Assembly (NCBI GenBank): GCA_963832165.1
Contig: CAWHTE010000003.1
Coordinates: 687,655-751,654, forward strand
From: an uncultured delta proteobacterium
Lineage (GTDB): Bacteria > Myxococcota_A > UBA9160 > SMWR01
Direction: 5' to 3'
DNA length: 64,000 nucleotides
A program made the position numbers and the translations under genes. Positions 7,924 through 16,389 of this stretch are shown in pieces. The number at the start of each line of letters is the position of its first letter. The first letter of the stretch is position 1. The notes beneath the pieces were generated by a model, which did no database searches, was not told the DNA's origin, and saw only the letters and a list, made by a program, of their open reading frames with translations.

Positions 7924-9085
7924 ATGGCCAATCCGGCCCGACCGCCGCTCTCTCCCGAGCAGTACGATCGCTACCGGCGCCACCTGATCCTGCCGGAGAT
8001 CGGCCTCGAGGGTCAGCGCGCGTTGCTCGACGCGCGCGTGCTGCTGATCGGGGCGGGCGGCCTCGGGTGCCCCACCGCGCAGTATCTCGCGGCCGCGGGT
8101 GTCGGTACGCTCGGGATCGTCGACTTCGACCACGTCGACGCCTCGAACCTGCACCGCCAGGTGCTCTACGGCACGGCGGACGTCGGCCGCGCAAAGGTCG
8201 ACGTGGCAGCCGAGCGGATCGGCGCGATGAACCCGGACGTGCTCGTCGAGCGTCATGCGCTGCGGCTCTCCTCCGAGAACGCGCTCGCGCTGTTCGCGGA
8301 GTACGACGTGATCGTCGACGGCGCGGACAATTTCCCGACGCGCTATCTGACCAACGACGCGTGCGTGCTGCTAGGCCGGCCCAACGTTCACGGCTCGATC
8401 TTCCGGTTCGATGGACAGGCGACCGTTTTCGACGCGCGCCACGGGCCCTGTTACCGCTGCCTCTACCCGGAGCCGCCGCCGCCCGGGTGCGGTGCCCTCG
8501 TGCGCCGAGGGCGGAGTCCTCGGCGTGCTGCCGGGGCTCGTCGCGCTGATCCAGGCCACCGAGACGGTCAAGATCGTCACGGGCGTGGGCGAGCCGCTGT
8601 ACGGCCGGCTGCTCCAGTACGAAGCGCTGCGGATGGAGTTCCACGAGTTCCGCGTGAAGAAGGATGCGGAGTGCCCGGTGTGCGGGCCGTCGCCCTCCAT
8701 CACCGAGCTGATCGACTACGAGGGCTTCTGCGGGGTGCCCGCGGAGGCGTCGCGCGCGCCATTCGGAGAGATCTCTGCGCATGGGCTCGCGACGCGGCGC
8801 GCTGCAGGCGAGGACCTCCTGCTGCTCGACGTGCGCGAGCCCGATGAGTGGGAGAAGGCGCGCATCGCGGGCGCGCAGCTGATCCCGCTCGGAACTCTCG
8901 GATCCCGGATCGCGGAGCTCGCTGATTGGCGCACGCGCCCGGTGGTCGTGCACTGCCATCACGGCGGGCGCAGCGCGAAGGCCTGTGCGCAGCTGGTCGC
9001 GGCTGGGTTCGCGCGTGTCGAGAATCTCGCGGGCGGCATCGACGCGTGGTCGCTCACCGTCGATCCCGACGTGCCGCGCTACTGA
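7924..9085 (+). CDS. moeB: Molybdopterin-synthase adenylyltransferase MoeB with C-terminal rhodanese (MoeZ-type); +1 frameshift near 8486
   Basis: RYRRHLILPEIG, GAGGLG, SNLHRQ, PCYRCLYPEPPP; continues in the next frame VPSCAEGGVLG, CPVCG, rhodanese CHHGGRS. Confidence 0.9.
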
Positions 9086-9091
9086 GGATCC

Positions 9092-9436
9092 ATGGCGAAG
9101 GCAAAGATCCCCGATCCGCTCGAACGCCGGCACCTCGTGGAGAAGGAACTGCCGGCCGCGCAGGCGCGCGCGATCGCGGACGCCTACCTCGCCGAAGACC
9201 GCTGTGTCGAGGCGGTCGACTTTCTCAAGATCGCCGGAGCCGGCGAAGCGCTCGCCGCGCTGCGCGAGCGCTCGATCGCGGAGGGCGACGCGTTTCTCTT
9301 GCGCGCGGTCGCGGGTGCGCAGGGGGTGCCGCCTTCGCGCGCCGATTGGCAGAAGCTCGGCGCGGGAGCCACCGCGCACGGCCGCGAGCGTTATGCGGTC
9401 GAAGCGCGGCGCCAGATCGAGCGCGGCGAGGACTGA
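9092..9436 (+). CDS. Hypothetical helical protein
   Basis: GAGG RBS directly after the moeB stop; typical codon usage. Confidence 0.7.
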   Translation: MAKAKIPDPLERRHLVEKELPAAQARAIADAYLAEDRCVEAVDFLKIAGAGEALAALRERSIAEGDAFLLRAVAGAQGVPPSRADWQKLGAGATAHGRERYAVEARRQIERGED

Positions 9437-9560
9437 ACCCCGCGGCGCAATAACCGCGCGCGTGCGCACGCTTGGCACGGCGGGATGCACACGCCCCGCG
9501 CTCGCGCCCCGGGCTCGAGCGGCGCGGTGCCCGCTGCCATCTTTGAACCCGCCGTGGCTG

Positions 9561-9569
9561 TGATACTCT
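9561..9569 (+). promoter_or_regulatory. Putative extended -10 promoter (TGn-TACTCT) for hpf
   Basis: TGA-TACTCT with TTTGAA/TTGAAC 15-16 nt upstream. Confidence 0.45.
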
Positions 9570-9575
9570 GGCTAT

Positions 9576-9701
9576 TGCGTGCGAGTGGCCCCTGGAATCG
9601 CTCGATCTCGGCGCTCCCTGGATGCGCCTCTGATTCCCGGCCCGCACGCGCAGTCGCCCCCGACGCGGCCGCTCCCAGTGCGGGCGCTCGGCTGCGGGGG
9701 G
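9576..9701 (+). ncRNA. Candidate structured RNA / 5' leader upstream of hpf
   Basis: Nested inverted repeats forming two long hairpins (see findings). Confidence 0.4.
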
Positions 9702-9722
9702 CTCGCATAGAAGAGGGTAGGC

Positions 9723-10067
9723 ATGTCGATGTCGCGAATCCCGTCGGTCGTCTTGCACTTCCGTGACCTGGATATCGATGAGACGGTTCGAGATGCCGTT
9801 CATCGCCGCTGCGATCATCTCGCCGACGAGTTTCACGAAGTGAGTCGATTCGAGGTGACGATCGCGGGGGACGGCGTGGGCTATAGCGCGCACGGGCACG
9901 CGACCGGGAAGAACACCGACATCGCGACCCACGCCAATGCCGAAGCGCCGCGCGCGGCCTCGGACCAGGTGCTCGACAAGATCGAGCGCCAGCTCCGCCG
10001 CGTTCACGAGAAGCGGATCTTCGCGCGCCGGCGCGAGGCGCGGCGCGAGAAGGGTCTGATCAGCTAG
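9723..10067 (+). CDS. hpf: Ribosome hibernation promoting factor / RaiA family (short form)
   Basis: LHFRDLDIDETVRDAV...EVTI...AASDQVLDKIERQLRR pattern of the S30AE fold. Confidence 0.8.
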   Translation: MSMSRIPSVVLHFRDLDIDETVRDAVHRRCDHLADEFHEVSRFEVTIAGDGVGYSAHGHATGKNTDIATHANAEAPRAASDQVLDKIERQLRRVHEKRIFARRREARREKGLIS

Positions 10068-10552
10068 TCGCTTCGCTTCGCGGCGCCGTGTCCCTTGCCC
10101 TTGCCCTTGCTCTTTCCGTGGGCTTTGCCGCGGTTCGCCTTGGCCGCCTTCGCGCGGAGGCCTCCGGGCACGCGGTCGTCGGGGCAGGGCTCCCAGCGCG
10201 CGTCGATGTAGGGGGCCTGGATCCACTGGCCTGCGTCGAGGCGCAGGTAGACGCCGTTCCAGTAGTAGTAGTTCGGGAGGCCGACCACCACGTAGACGCC
10301 GAGTCCGCTGTCGAACACGAGATCCACCGTGCTCTCGCGGTGCTGGTAGGCGCGTTGGTGCTTCTGCCGATACCCGTGTGCGGGCGCCCACGGCGGCGGA
10401 CCGCCCCTGTGGCTCTCCTGGACGACCACCGGACCCCTCGGCGCGGGCGGTCCACCTCGGCCGACCGTGACCGAGTGCACGGGACCACACGCGAGCAGCG
10501 AGCCGCAGCCCGCGCAGGCGAGCAGCAGCGACAGCGAACGGACGAAGCGCAT
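10064..10552 (-). CDS. Hypothetical lipoprotein (GPPPWAPAHGYR motif, Lys/Gly-rich tail)
   Basis: Lipobox-like LLAC; motif GGPPPWAPAHGYRQK. Confidence 0.7.
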   Translation of the reverse strand: MRFVRSLSLLLACAGCGSLLACGPVHSVTVGRGGPPAPRGPVVVQESHRGGPPPWAPAHGYRQKHQRAYQHRESTVDLVFDSGLGVYVVVGLPNYYYWNGVYLRLDAGQWIQAPYIDARWEPCPDDRVPGGLRAKAAKANRGKAHGKSKGKGKGHGAAKRSD

Positions 10553-10649
10553 CGTTGATCCTCTCAGCTCGACCGCCGCGTGAGCGCGCGATCGCTGAGA
10601 GAGATCGGCTGCTGGCGTGCGCCGCTTGATCGCCGCGCTTGGTCGAAGT

Positions 10650-10665
10650 GGTGACGTGGACCACA
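10650..10665. promoter_or_regulatory. CRP/FNR-family-like site
   Basis: Minus strand aattTGTGG-N6-TCACC; 8/10 to TGTGA-N6-TCACA. Confidence 0.3.
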
Positions 10666-10696
10666 AATTCGGAAGAGGGAGTCGCGCGGCAGGCGT

Positions 10697-11140
10697 TCAG
10701 GGCTTGAGATCGACCGCCGCCCGGTAGCTGCCATCCATGTAGAAGGGCACCGAGACGTGCTCGTGGGTCACCTTCCACTCGCGGCCAATCCTGCAGAAGC
10801 AGACCGTCGCGCGCACCCAGACGTCGGACGTCTCTCCATCGGTTCTCGCACCGTGGATTCGATTCGACATCCGCGCGAAGGCCACGTCGCTTCCGGCCGT
10901 GACGTGCACGTCTCGGATCTCGATGCCGATCGGCCCGCTCCAGCTGCGGAACCACTCCTCGAAGTTCCTGCGCAGAGTGGCGGTGCCCCGGTTCCAGAGC
11001 GGCGGCGCCAGATCGGCCGTGACCGCGTCCGGCGCATAGAGCGGCATGAGACGCTCGACGTCCTTCGCGCGGACCGCGGCGGCCCAGGCGTCGATCTTGG
11101 CGCGAACCTCGTTCTCGTCGTGTTGATGAGAGGTCGTCAT
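10697..11140 (-). CDS. SnoaL-like / NTF2 (YybH-type) protein
   Basis: WAAAVRAKDVERLMPLYAPD...WVRATVCF...WKVTHEHVSVPF. Confidence 0.85.
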   Translation of the reverse strand: MTTSHQHDENEVRAKIDAWAAAVRAKDVERLMPLYAPDAVTADLAPPLWNRGTATLRRNFEEWFRSWSGPIGIEIRDVHVTAGSDVAFARMSNRIHGARTDGETSDVWVRATVCFCRIGREWKVTHEHVSVPFYMDGSYRAAVDLKP

Positions 11141-11254
11141 CGCGGGACTCCTTCGTCTTGGAGCGCTGTGCGCTCCCATGGAACTGACGGACGGGTCAGC
11201 GATGTTTCGACAATCTCCTGCGGCTTTTCGGGCAGGTCGAACAAACGAGGGAAG

Positions 11255-11353
11255 TGGCGGAAGCGGACGGGAATCGAACCCGCCAGGACTGCGTTGCCGC
11301 ACTCCTCATCGGATTTGAAGTCCGAGCCCGGCACCAGCACGGGGAACGCTTCC
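11255..11353 (-). tRNA. selC: tRNA-Sec (UCA)
   Basis: GGAAGCG...TCGGAC-TTCAAA-TCCGA anticodon arm (TCA), very long variable arm, GGTTCGATTCCC, ends CTTCCGCCA; 99 nt. Confidence 0.92.
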
Positions 11354-11443
11354 AGCGACGACTCTAGTGCAGGTCGGGTGAGAAGAGCGAGGGCACCGCG
11401 CACGGGCGGCCTGCCCGTGTGCCGAGACCTCAGAGCGGCGCGT

Positions 11444-11459
11444 TGTGTTCGAGATCACA
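11444..11459. promoter_or_regulatory. CRP-family-like site upstream of the PEP-CTERM gene
   Basis: TGTGT-TCGAGA-TCACA; 9/10 to TGTGA-N6-TCACA. Confidence 0.4.
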
Positions 11460-11511
11460 GACGTCGAGCGAGAGATCCTCGATCTACTCCCCTAATCGGG
11501 GGGACAGGCGA

Positions 11512-12459
11512 ATGGGCCGGAGCCGTTGTGCGAAGGCATTGCTTTGGCTCGCGATGGGCTCGGCGCTGATAGCGCGCGGCGTGGACGCGGGAGTGGTGTT
11601 TTCCGATGACTTCGAGGGCGACGTCTCCTCGATCAGGTCGCGTTGGGGCGACAGCAGCTCGACCGGCATTTCATTGACGAGTGACATCCCGTCGTCGAGC
11701 ACGGGAAGCAAATCCCTTCAGCTCAACGCCGGCCTTGGGGGAGTCGCCCATCTCTTTCACAAACTCCCGGTCGACTACTCCCGGCTCTACTACCGCTACT
11801 ACGTGAAGTACGAAGGTACGGCGTACCACCATACCGGCGGCATGATCGGGGGATACGATCCCCCGACCAGCTATCCGCAGGGCGATGCAGGCCTGAAAGG
11901 GATCCGCGCCAACGGCGACCGGCTGCTCGTGGTGAGCCTCGAGACCCAGTCGAACATGTTGGACTTCTACAACAACTGGATCGACATGCAGGGTTCGACC
12001 TACCAAGGTCTTTATTACGGGCGAAACCTGATTCAGGACCTGAACGTCCCGGTGCCGAATCAGTGGACCTGTGTCGAGGTGATGCTGAGCCTCAACACGC
12101 CGGCAAGCGCGAGCAACGGCGAACTGGTCACCTGGATCAACGGAACTGCAGTGGCCAACTTTCAGCCGGGAGCCCCGAATGGCTACTGGGATGGCGCGGG
12201 AAACTGGCGAATGAGGGTCGGCTCGCCCGCCTTCGGGGGCTTCCGTTGGCGGGACACGACATCGCTGGGGATCAACTGGGTGAAGCTGCAGAACTACGAC
12301 GCGACGCCGAGGGTCTGGTTCGACGATGTCGTCGTGTCGACGGAGAGGATTGGGTGCCTGCCGGAGCCCGCTCTTCCCGGCTCGCTACCGGCCGCCATCG
12401 TTCTGCTCGCTGCCCTCGCGCGCCGGCGGTCGCGGGCGGCTCCGCTACGGATTCGTTAG
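11512..12459 (+). CDS. Secreted beta-sandwich (lectin/polysaccharide-lyase-like) protein with PEP-CTERM-type sorting signal
   Basis: Signal peptide, VFSDDFEG, QWTCVEVM...NGELVTWING, VWFDDVVVSTERIGC, then LPEP + hydrophobic helix + RRRSR. Confidence 0.75.
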   Translation: MGRSRCAKALLWLAMGSALIARGVDAGVVFSDDFEGDVSSIRSRWGDSSSTGISLTSDIPSSSTGSKSLQLNAGLGGVAHLFHKLPVDYSRLYYRYYVKYEGTAYHHTGGMIGGYDPPTSYPQGDAGLKGIRANGDRLLVVSLETQSNMLDFYNNWIDMQGSTYQGLYYGRNLIQDLNVPVPNQWTCVEVMLSLNTPASASNGELVTWINGTAVANFQPGAPNGYWDGAGNWRMRVGSPAFGGFRWRDTTSLGINWVKLQNYDATPRVWFDDVVVSTERIGCLPEPALPGSLPAAIVLLAALARRRSRAAPLRIR

Positions 12460-12569
12460 CCCCAAGAAGCGCGTCAGCGAACGATCGCAAACACGGCGCG
12501 ACTGCGACCCGGCACCAGCGCCGGGAACGCTTCCGGAAGCGACTCGATCTCGATTGCCGCCACGTCCCC

Positions 12570-12834
12570 CTATTCGAGCACCGCGAGGACGTCGTCTTCG
12601 CGGATGATCAGATGTTCGTCACCGGCGACCGGATCTCGCTGCCGGAGTACTTGCCGAACAGCACGTGATCGCCCTTCTGCACGTCGAGCGGGTGCAGCAC
12701 GCCGTCTTCGTCGACGCGGCCCTTCCTGACCGCGAGGACCTTGCCTTCCATCGGCTTCTCCTTGGCGGTGTCGGGATGAAGAGACCCCCCTTGGTCTTCG
12801 ATTCCTCGTCGATGCGTTTCACGAGGATCCGGTC
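12570..12834 (-). pseudogene. groES: groES remnant (5'-truncated, two frameshifts)
   Basis: Three frames join to [36 protein letters not shown]...[29 protein letters not shown]; no start, no groEL. Confidence 0.85.
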
Positions 12835-12835
12835 G

Positions 12836-13047
12836 ATGTACTGGGCAGTCGTGTCCGCGATTTTCGGCCAGGCATTGATCCCAGCGACCGATTGCTGGCA
12901 TATGCCGGCATCGTCTGGCTTGCATTCCATCTCTTCGTGCTGCTGTACGAGGAGCCGACGCTGCGCTCGACCTACGCCGGGCAATACGACCGCAATTGCG
13001 CCAACGTGCGACGGTGGATTCCCCGGCTGCGCCCCTGGAACGGCTGA
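12836..13047 (+). pseudogene. 3' remnant of an isoprenylcysteine carboxyl methyltransferase (ICMT/PEMT) family gene
   Basis: [15 protein letters not shown], frameshift, then [49 protein letters not shown]; the YEEP...RWIP tail is typical of the family. Confidence 0.7.
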
Positions 13048-13096
13048 GCCGAGCCAGCAGGCGATTGCTCATCCGATTCCCGGCTTCGCAGTGGTT

Positions 13097-13342
13097 TTAC
13101 CGCGCGATGAACCCGCGCATTTGCTCTAGAGCGAAGTCGATCTCGTCGAGTGCTGCGCGCGCCTTCTCCATGTAAACGCGCATCGCCTTGAGGTAGCTCT
13201 GTCCCTCGGCCGTGAGCTCCGTGCCTTCGAGGAGTCCAACATGGATGAAGAACGCGCCCAGCGGATCGCGCAGGTCGTGCAACAAATGCCGAACTTCGGA
13301 GATATCCGGCTTTTCCATTGGGTGAATCATACCTTCGGTCAT
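13097..13342 (-). CDS. Stand-alone HisKA/DHp-like small protein
   Basis: H-box-like LLHDLRDPL followed by two helices; no ATPase domain; alternative start at 13318. Confidence 0.55.
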   Translation of the reverse strand: MTEGMIHPMEKPDISEVRHLLHDLRDPLGAFFIHVGLLEGTELTAEGQSYLKAMRVYMEKARAALDEIDFALEQMRGFIAR

Positions 13343-13583
13343 AGCCGCGTCGATTGGCGCAGGAGAACTTTCGCGCTTGTCATATCCAACGCGACAAGCC
13401 GCGTCCTCTTATGTCCGAGCCATCTTCGCTCGGGCCCGCCATCCTTGGGGCGAACTTCCCGTGGTCGTGGGGCGAGTAGGGGAGATCGGTCGCATCCGGC
13501 TGCCAAATGTGGATCTTTCGCCGTTCCTTCTTGCTCGGCGCTACCACGGTGGGCGTATGCTGCGCAGCAGAGGAGGGCGATCG

Positions 13584-14165
13584 ATGAAGGCACTGAGTGA
13601 GTTCGCGAAATCGACGCTCATCGGTGGATTGCTGGTCATTGTCCCGATCTACTTCTCGGTCCTGCTGCTGGCGAAAGCGCTGGGAGGTTTGATCGCGATG
13701 CTCGGACCGATCACAGCGACACTGCCGGAGTCGCTGGAGGCGATGCGCGGGCTCGTGAGCGTGCTGATCGTCGTGGCGCTCTGCTTCGCGACCGGTCTGG
13801 CGATGCGCACGAGGCTCGGGCTCCGGATGTTTCGCAGCTTCGAGCACCGCGTGCTCGAGAAGATCCCCGGCTTCGGCGTGCTGCGCAGCGCGGTGCGCCG
13901 TATCTCCGGTCGGAGCGACGATGCGATGTTCCAGCCGGTCCTGGTCGAGATCGAGGATGCGCTCACGCCCGCGTTCATCGTCGAGGAGCTCGACGACGGT
14001 CGTTGCGTCGTGCTCGTGCCCTCGGTGCCGACGCCTGCGGCCGGATCGCTCTTCATCCTGACGCGCGACCGCGTGCACTGGGTGGACGTCCCGGTCACCG
14101 AGGTGATCGCCGTGATCACGCGCTGGGGCGCGGGCGCGGGAAAGCTCGTCAACGCGATGCGGTGA
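13584..14165 (+). CDS. DUF502 family membrane protein
   Basis: STLIGGLLVIVPI, LEKIPG, VLVPSVPTPAAG; GGAGG RBS. Confidence 0.8.
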   Translation: MKALSEFAKSTLIGGLLVIVPIYFSVLLLAKALGGLIAMLGPITATLPESLEAMRGLVSVLIVVALCFATGLAMRTRLGLRMFRSFEHRVLEKIPGFGVLRSAVRRISGRSDDAMFQPVLVEIEDALTPAFIVEELDDGRCVVLVPSVPTPAAGSLFILTRDRVHWVDVPVTEVIAVITRWGAGAGKLVNAMR

Positions 14166-14217
14166 GACGGAGCTCGCGCAGCGGGAGTACCATGCACGCG
14201 TGCCAGAGGAGAGATTC

Positions 14218-15081
14218 ATGACGGTTCGCTGCGGATTCATCGGACTCGGGATCATGGGCAAGGCGCTCTCGGGCAATCTCGCTCCCAAAGGCCTGCCCAC
14301 CATCGTCTACGACATCGACCCGGAGGCGATGCGCGAGATCGTGGATGGCGGCGCCAAGGCGGCCGGGAGCACGCGCGAGGTGGCGCAGAATGCGGATGTG
14401 ATCGGCGTCTGCGTGCCCGCCGACCACCACGTCCGCGCCGTGTGCTGCGGAGCCGACGGCGTGTTCGAGAACGCCCACGAGGGCACCGTGGTTGCGATCC
14501 ACAGCACGGTGCATCCGGCCACCATCGAGGAGATGGCGGCCGAAGGGGCGAAGCGCGGAGTGGCCATCCTCGAGGTACCGGTGGCGGGTGGACCCGTGCG
14601 CGCGGCCAAGGGCGACGCGTTCTACATGGTTTCAGGCGACGAGACTGCGTACGAGAAGGCGCGGCCGTACCTCGAGGCCGCCGCGGGCAAGATCATCTTC
14701 GCGGGCGCGCTCGGGAATGCGGCCAAGCTGAAGCTATCACTGAACGTGCTCACGAACATTTCGTTCGCTGCTTCGCTCGAGGGGATGCTCCTCGCCAAAG
14801 CGATGGGCCTGCCGCAGGAGCTCTATGAAGAGGGTGGGCAAGCAAACACGATGCTGAACGCGCTGCACCTCCAATATCTGAGCCCCTACAAGATGCCCGT
14901 GGAGACGCGCCGCTCGGAGAATCTCCAGGCGTATCTGCGAGGTCGCATGGAGATCGCCCAGAAGGATCTCGGTCTCGCGCTCGAGATGGCCGACGACCAC
15001 GGGATTGCGATGCCCGTGACCGGGCTCGTGAAGCAGCTGCTCGCGAAGGTGTACGGCGTCTACGACGACGATCTGCGCTGA
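14218..15081 (+). CDS. Beta-hydroxyacid dehydrogenase family NAD(P)-dependent oxidoreductase
   Basis: GFIGLGIMG, IHSTV, PVAGG, KLSLN, KDLGLALE. Confidence 0.9.
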   Translation: MTVRCGFIGLGIMGKALSGNLAPKGLPTIVYDIDPEAMREIVDGGAKAAGSTREVAQNADVIGVCVPADHHVRAVCCGADGVFENAHEGTVVAIHSTVHPATIEEMAAEGAKRGVAILEVPVAGGPVRAAKGDAFYMVSGDETAYEKARPYLEAAAGKIIFAGALGNAAKLKLSLNVLTNISFAASLEGMLLAKAMGLPQELYEEGGQANTMLNALHLQYLSPYKMPVETRRSENLQAYLRGRMEIAQKDLGLALEMADDHGIAMPVTGLVKQLLAKVYGVYDDDLR

Positions 15082-15121
15082 GCGAACCAATATTGAGGTT
15101 CGCGCCAAAAATCCGTAGCGT
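15082..15121 (+). promoter_or_regulatory. Promoter element B, copy 1 (TTGAGG-N17-TAGCGT)
   Basis: 29/40 ungapped identity with 23628-23667; includes inverted repeat GCGAACC/GGTTCGC. Confidence 0.65.
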
Positions 15122-15160
15122 GGCGGAGGCCCACCGCGCTGCTTCAGAGGGAGGGACGCC

Positions 15161-16375
15161 ATGGCCGCCGACCCCACCCGACCCTACGTCGTGATCACGG
15201 CCGACTCGCACGCGGGCGCGAGCATCGACACCTACCGCGAGTACCTCGACGCGAAGCACAAGCAGCTGTTCGACGACTGGCGCGGGGCGTACCGCAATCC
15301 GCAGCAGAAGCACATCGGAAGCAAGAAGCACAAGAACTGGGACGACGCCGAGCGGTTCGGCGACATGGAGAAAGAGGGCATCGCGGGCGAGGTGATCTTC
15401 CCGAACACGGTGCCCCCGTTCTTTCGCACGAGCGTGCTGATCTGCGGCAATCCTACGCGAGAGGACTATCCGCTCTGGCGCGAGGGCATCCGCGCGCACA
15501 ACCGCTGGCTCGTCGACTTCTGCGCGGACGCACCCGAGCGGCGCGCGGGGATCGGCCTCGTCTACCTGAACGACATCGACGCCGCGATCGAGGACGTGCA
15601 GTGGATCGCGAAGTCGGGGCTGACCGGCGGAATCCTGCTGCCGCACGTGCCGCCCGACTGCGTGCACATCGAGCAGCTCTACTCGCCCGCGATGGAGCGA
15701 TTCTGGGCCGTCTGCCAGGACGCGGACGTGATCCTGAATCAGCACGGCGGCACGGGCTCGCCCGAGTACGGCCCGTTCAAGATCTCGCTTCCGATCCGCA
15801 TCATCGAGGGAATGTTCTACTCGACGCGCAGTCTCCCGCATCTCCTGATCTCGGGCGTCTTCGAGCGCTATCCGAAGCTCCGCTACATCACGACCGAGAC
15901 GGGCTGCGCATGGGCGCCCGGCATGCTCAAGAACCTCGACCGGATCTGGAAGCAGGTGCACAAGGGCGCTGTCGGCGAATTCGAGTTCGCCGACAACGCG
16001 GTGCCGCCCGAACCGCCGAGCTTCTACGCGAAGCGCAACTGCTGGTACGGCGCGAGCTCGCCGTCGCCGCGCGAGCTCGAGGGGCGACACGAGATCGGAA
16101 TCGAGCGGATCCTCTGGGGCAGCGACTACCCGCACTACGAGGGGACGTATCCGCACTCGATCAAGGCGATGCGCCACGCGCTGCACGACAAGCCCGAGCC
16201 CGAGGTGCGCGCGATGCTGGGCGGCAACGCGGCCGAGCTCTACGGCTTCGACCTCGGCAAGCTCCAGCCGTGGGCCGACCGACACGGGCCAAAGCCGTCC
16301 GAGATCGCCGTCGCGCTCGCACCCGATGAGTTTCCGCAGAACACGCACACGGGTGCCTTCATGCAGGCTCGTTGA
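15161..16375 (+). CDS. Amidohydrolase_2 family protein
   Basis: ITADSHAG, RAHNRWLVDFC, GVFERYPKL, ILWGSDYPHYEG. Confidence 0.9.
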   Translation: MAADPTRPYVVITADSHAGASIDTYREYLDAKHKQLFDDWRGAYRNPQQKHIGSKKHKNWDDAERFGDMEKEGIAGEVIFPNTVPPFFRTSVLICGNPTREDYPLWREGIRAHNRWLVDFCADAPERRAGIGLVYLNDIDAAIEDVQWIAKSGLTGGILLPHVPPDCVHIEQLYSPAMERFWAVCQDADVILNQHGGTGSPEYGPFKISLPIRIIEGMFYSTRSLPHLLISGVFERYPKLRYITTETGCAWAPGMLKNLDRIWKQVHKGAVGEFEFADNAVPPEPPSFYAKRNCWYGASSPSPRELEGRHEIGIERILWGSDYPHYEGTYPHSIKAMRHALHDKPEPEVRAMLGGNAAELYGFDLGKLQPWADRHGPKPSEIAVALAPDEFPQNTHTGAFMQAR

Positions 16376-16389
16376 CGCGAGAAGCGCGG

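Noticed and set aside
8480..8495. Programmed frameshift in moeB (and likewise in the P450 and amidohydrolase)
   Set aside because: No slippery heptamer or shared context; the pattern fits sequencing error.
9472..9489. TTGGCACG...ATGCA as a sigma54 promoter for hpf
   Set aside because: GG-GC spacing is 11, not 10; valid only if the G run carries an insertion error.
5199..10067. Two convergent gene pairs share a palindromic CTAG as both stop codons (5199-5202 and 10064-10067)
   Set aside because: Real, but a common 4-bp convergent overlap with no sign of special function.
13375..13399. Inverted repeat GCTTGTC-N11-GACAAGC in a divergent gap
   Set aside because: Single occurrence; cannot be assigned to a regulator or distinguished from chance.
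7307..14165. Integrative element at tRNA-Ala, tRNA-Leu or tRNA-Sec
   Set aside because: No integrase and no duplicated tRNA 3' end found by eye.
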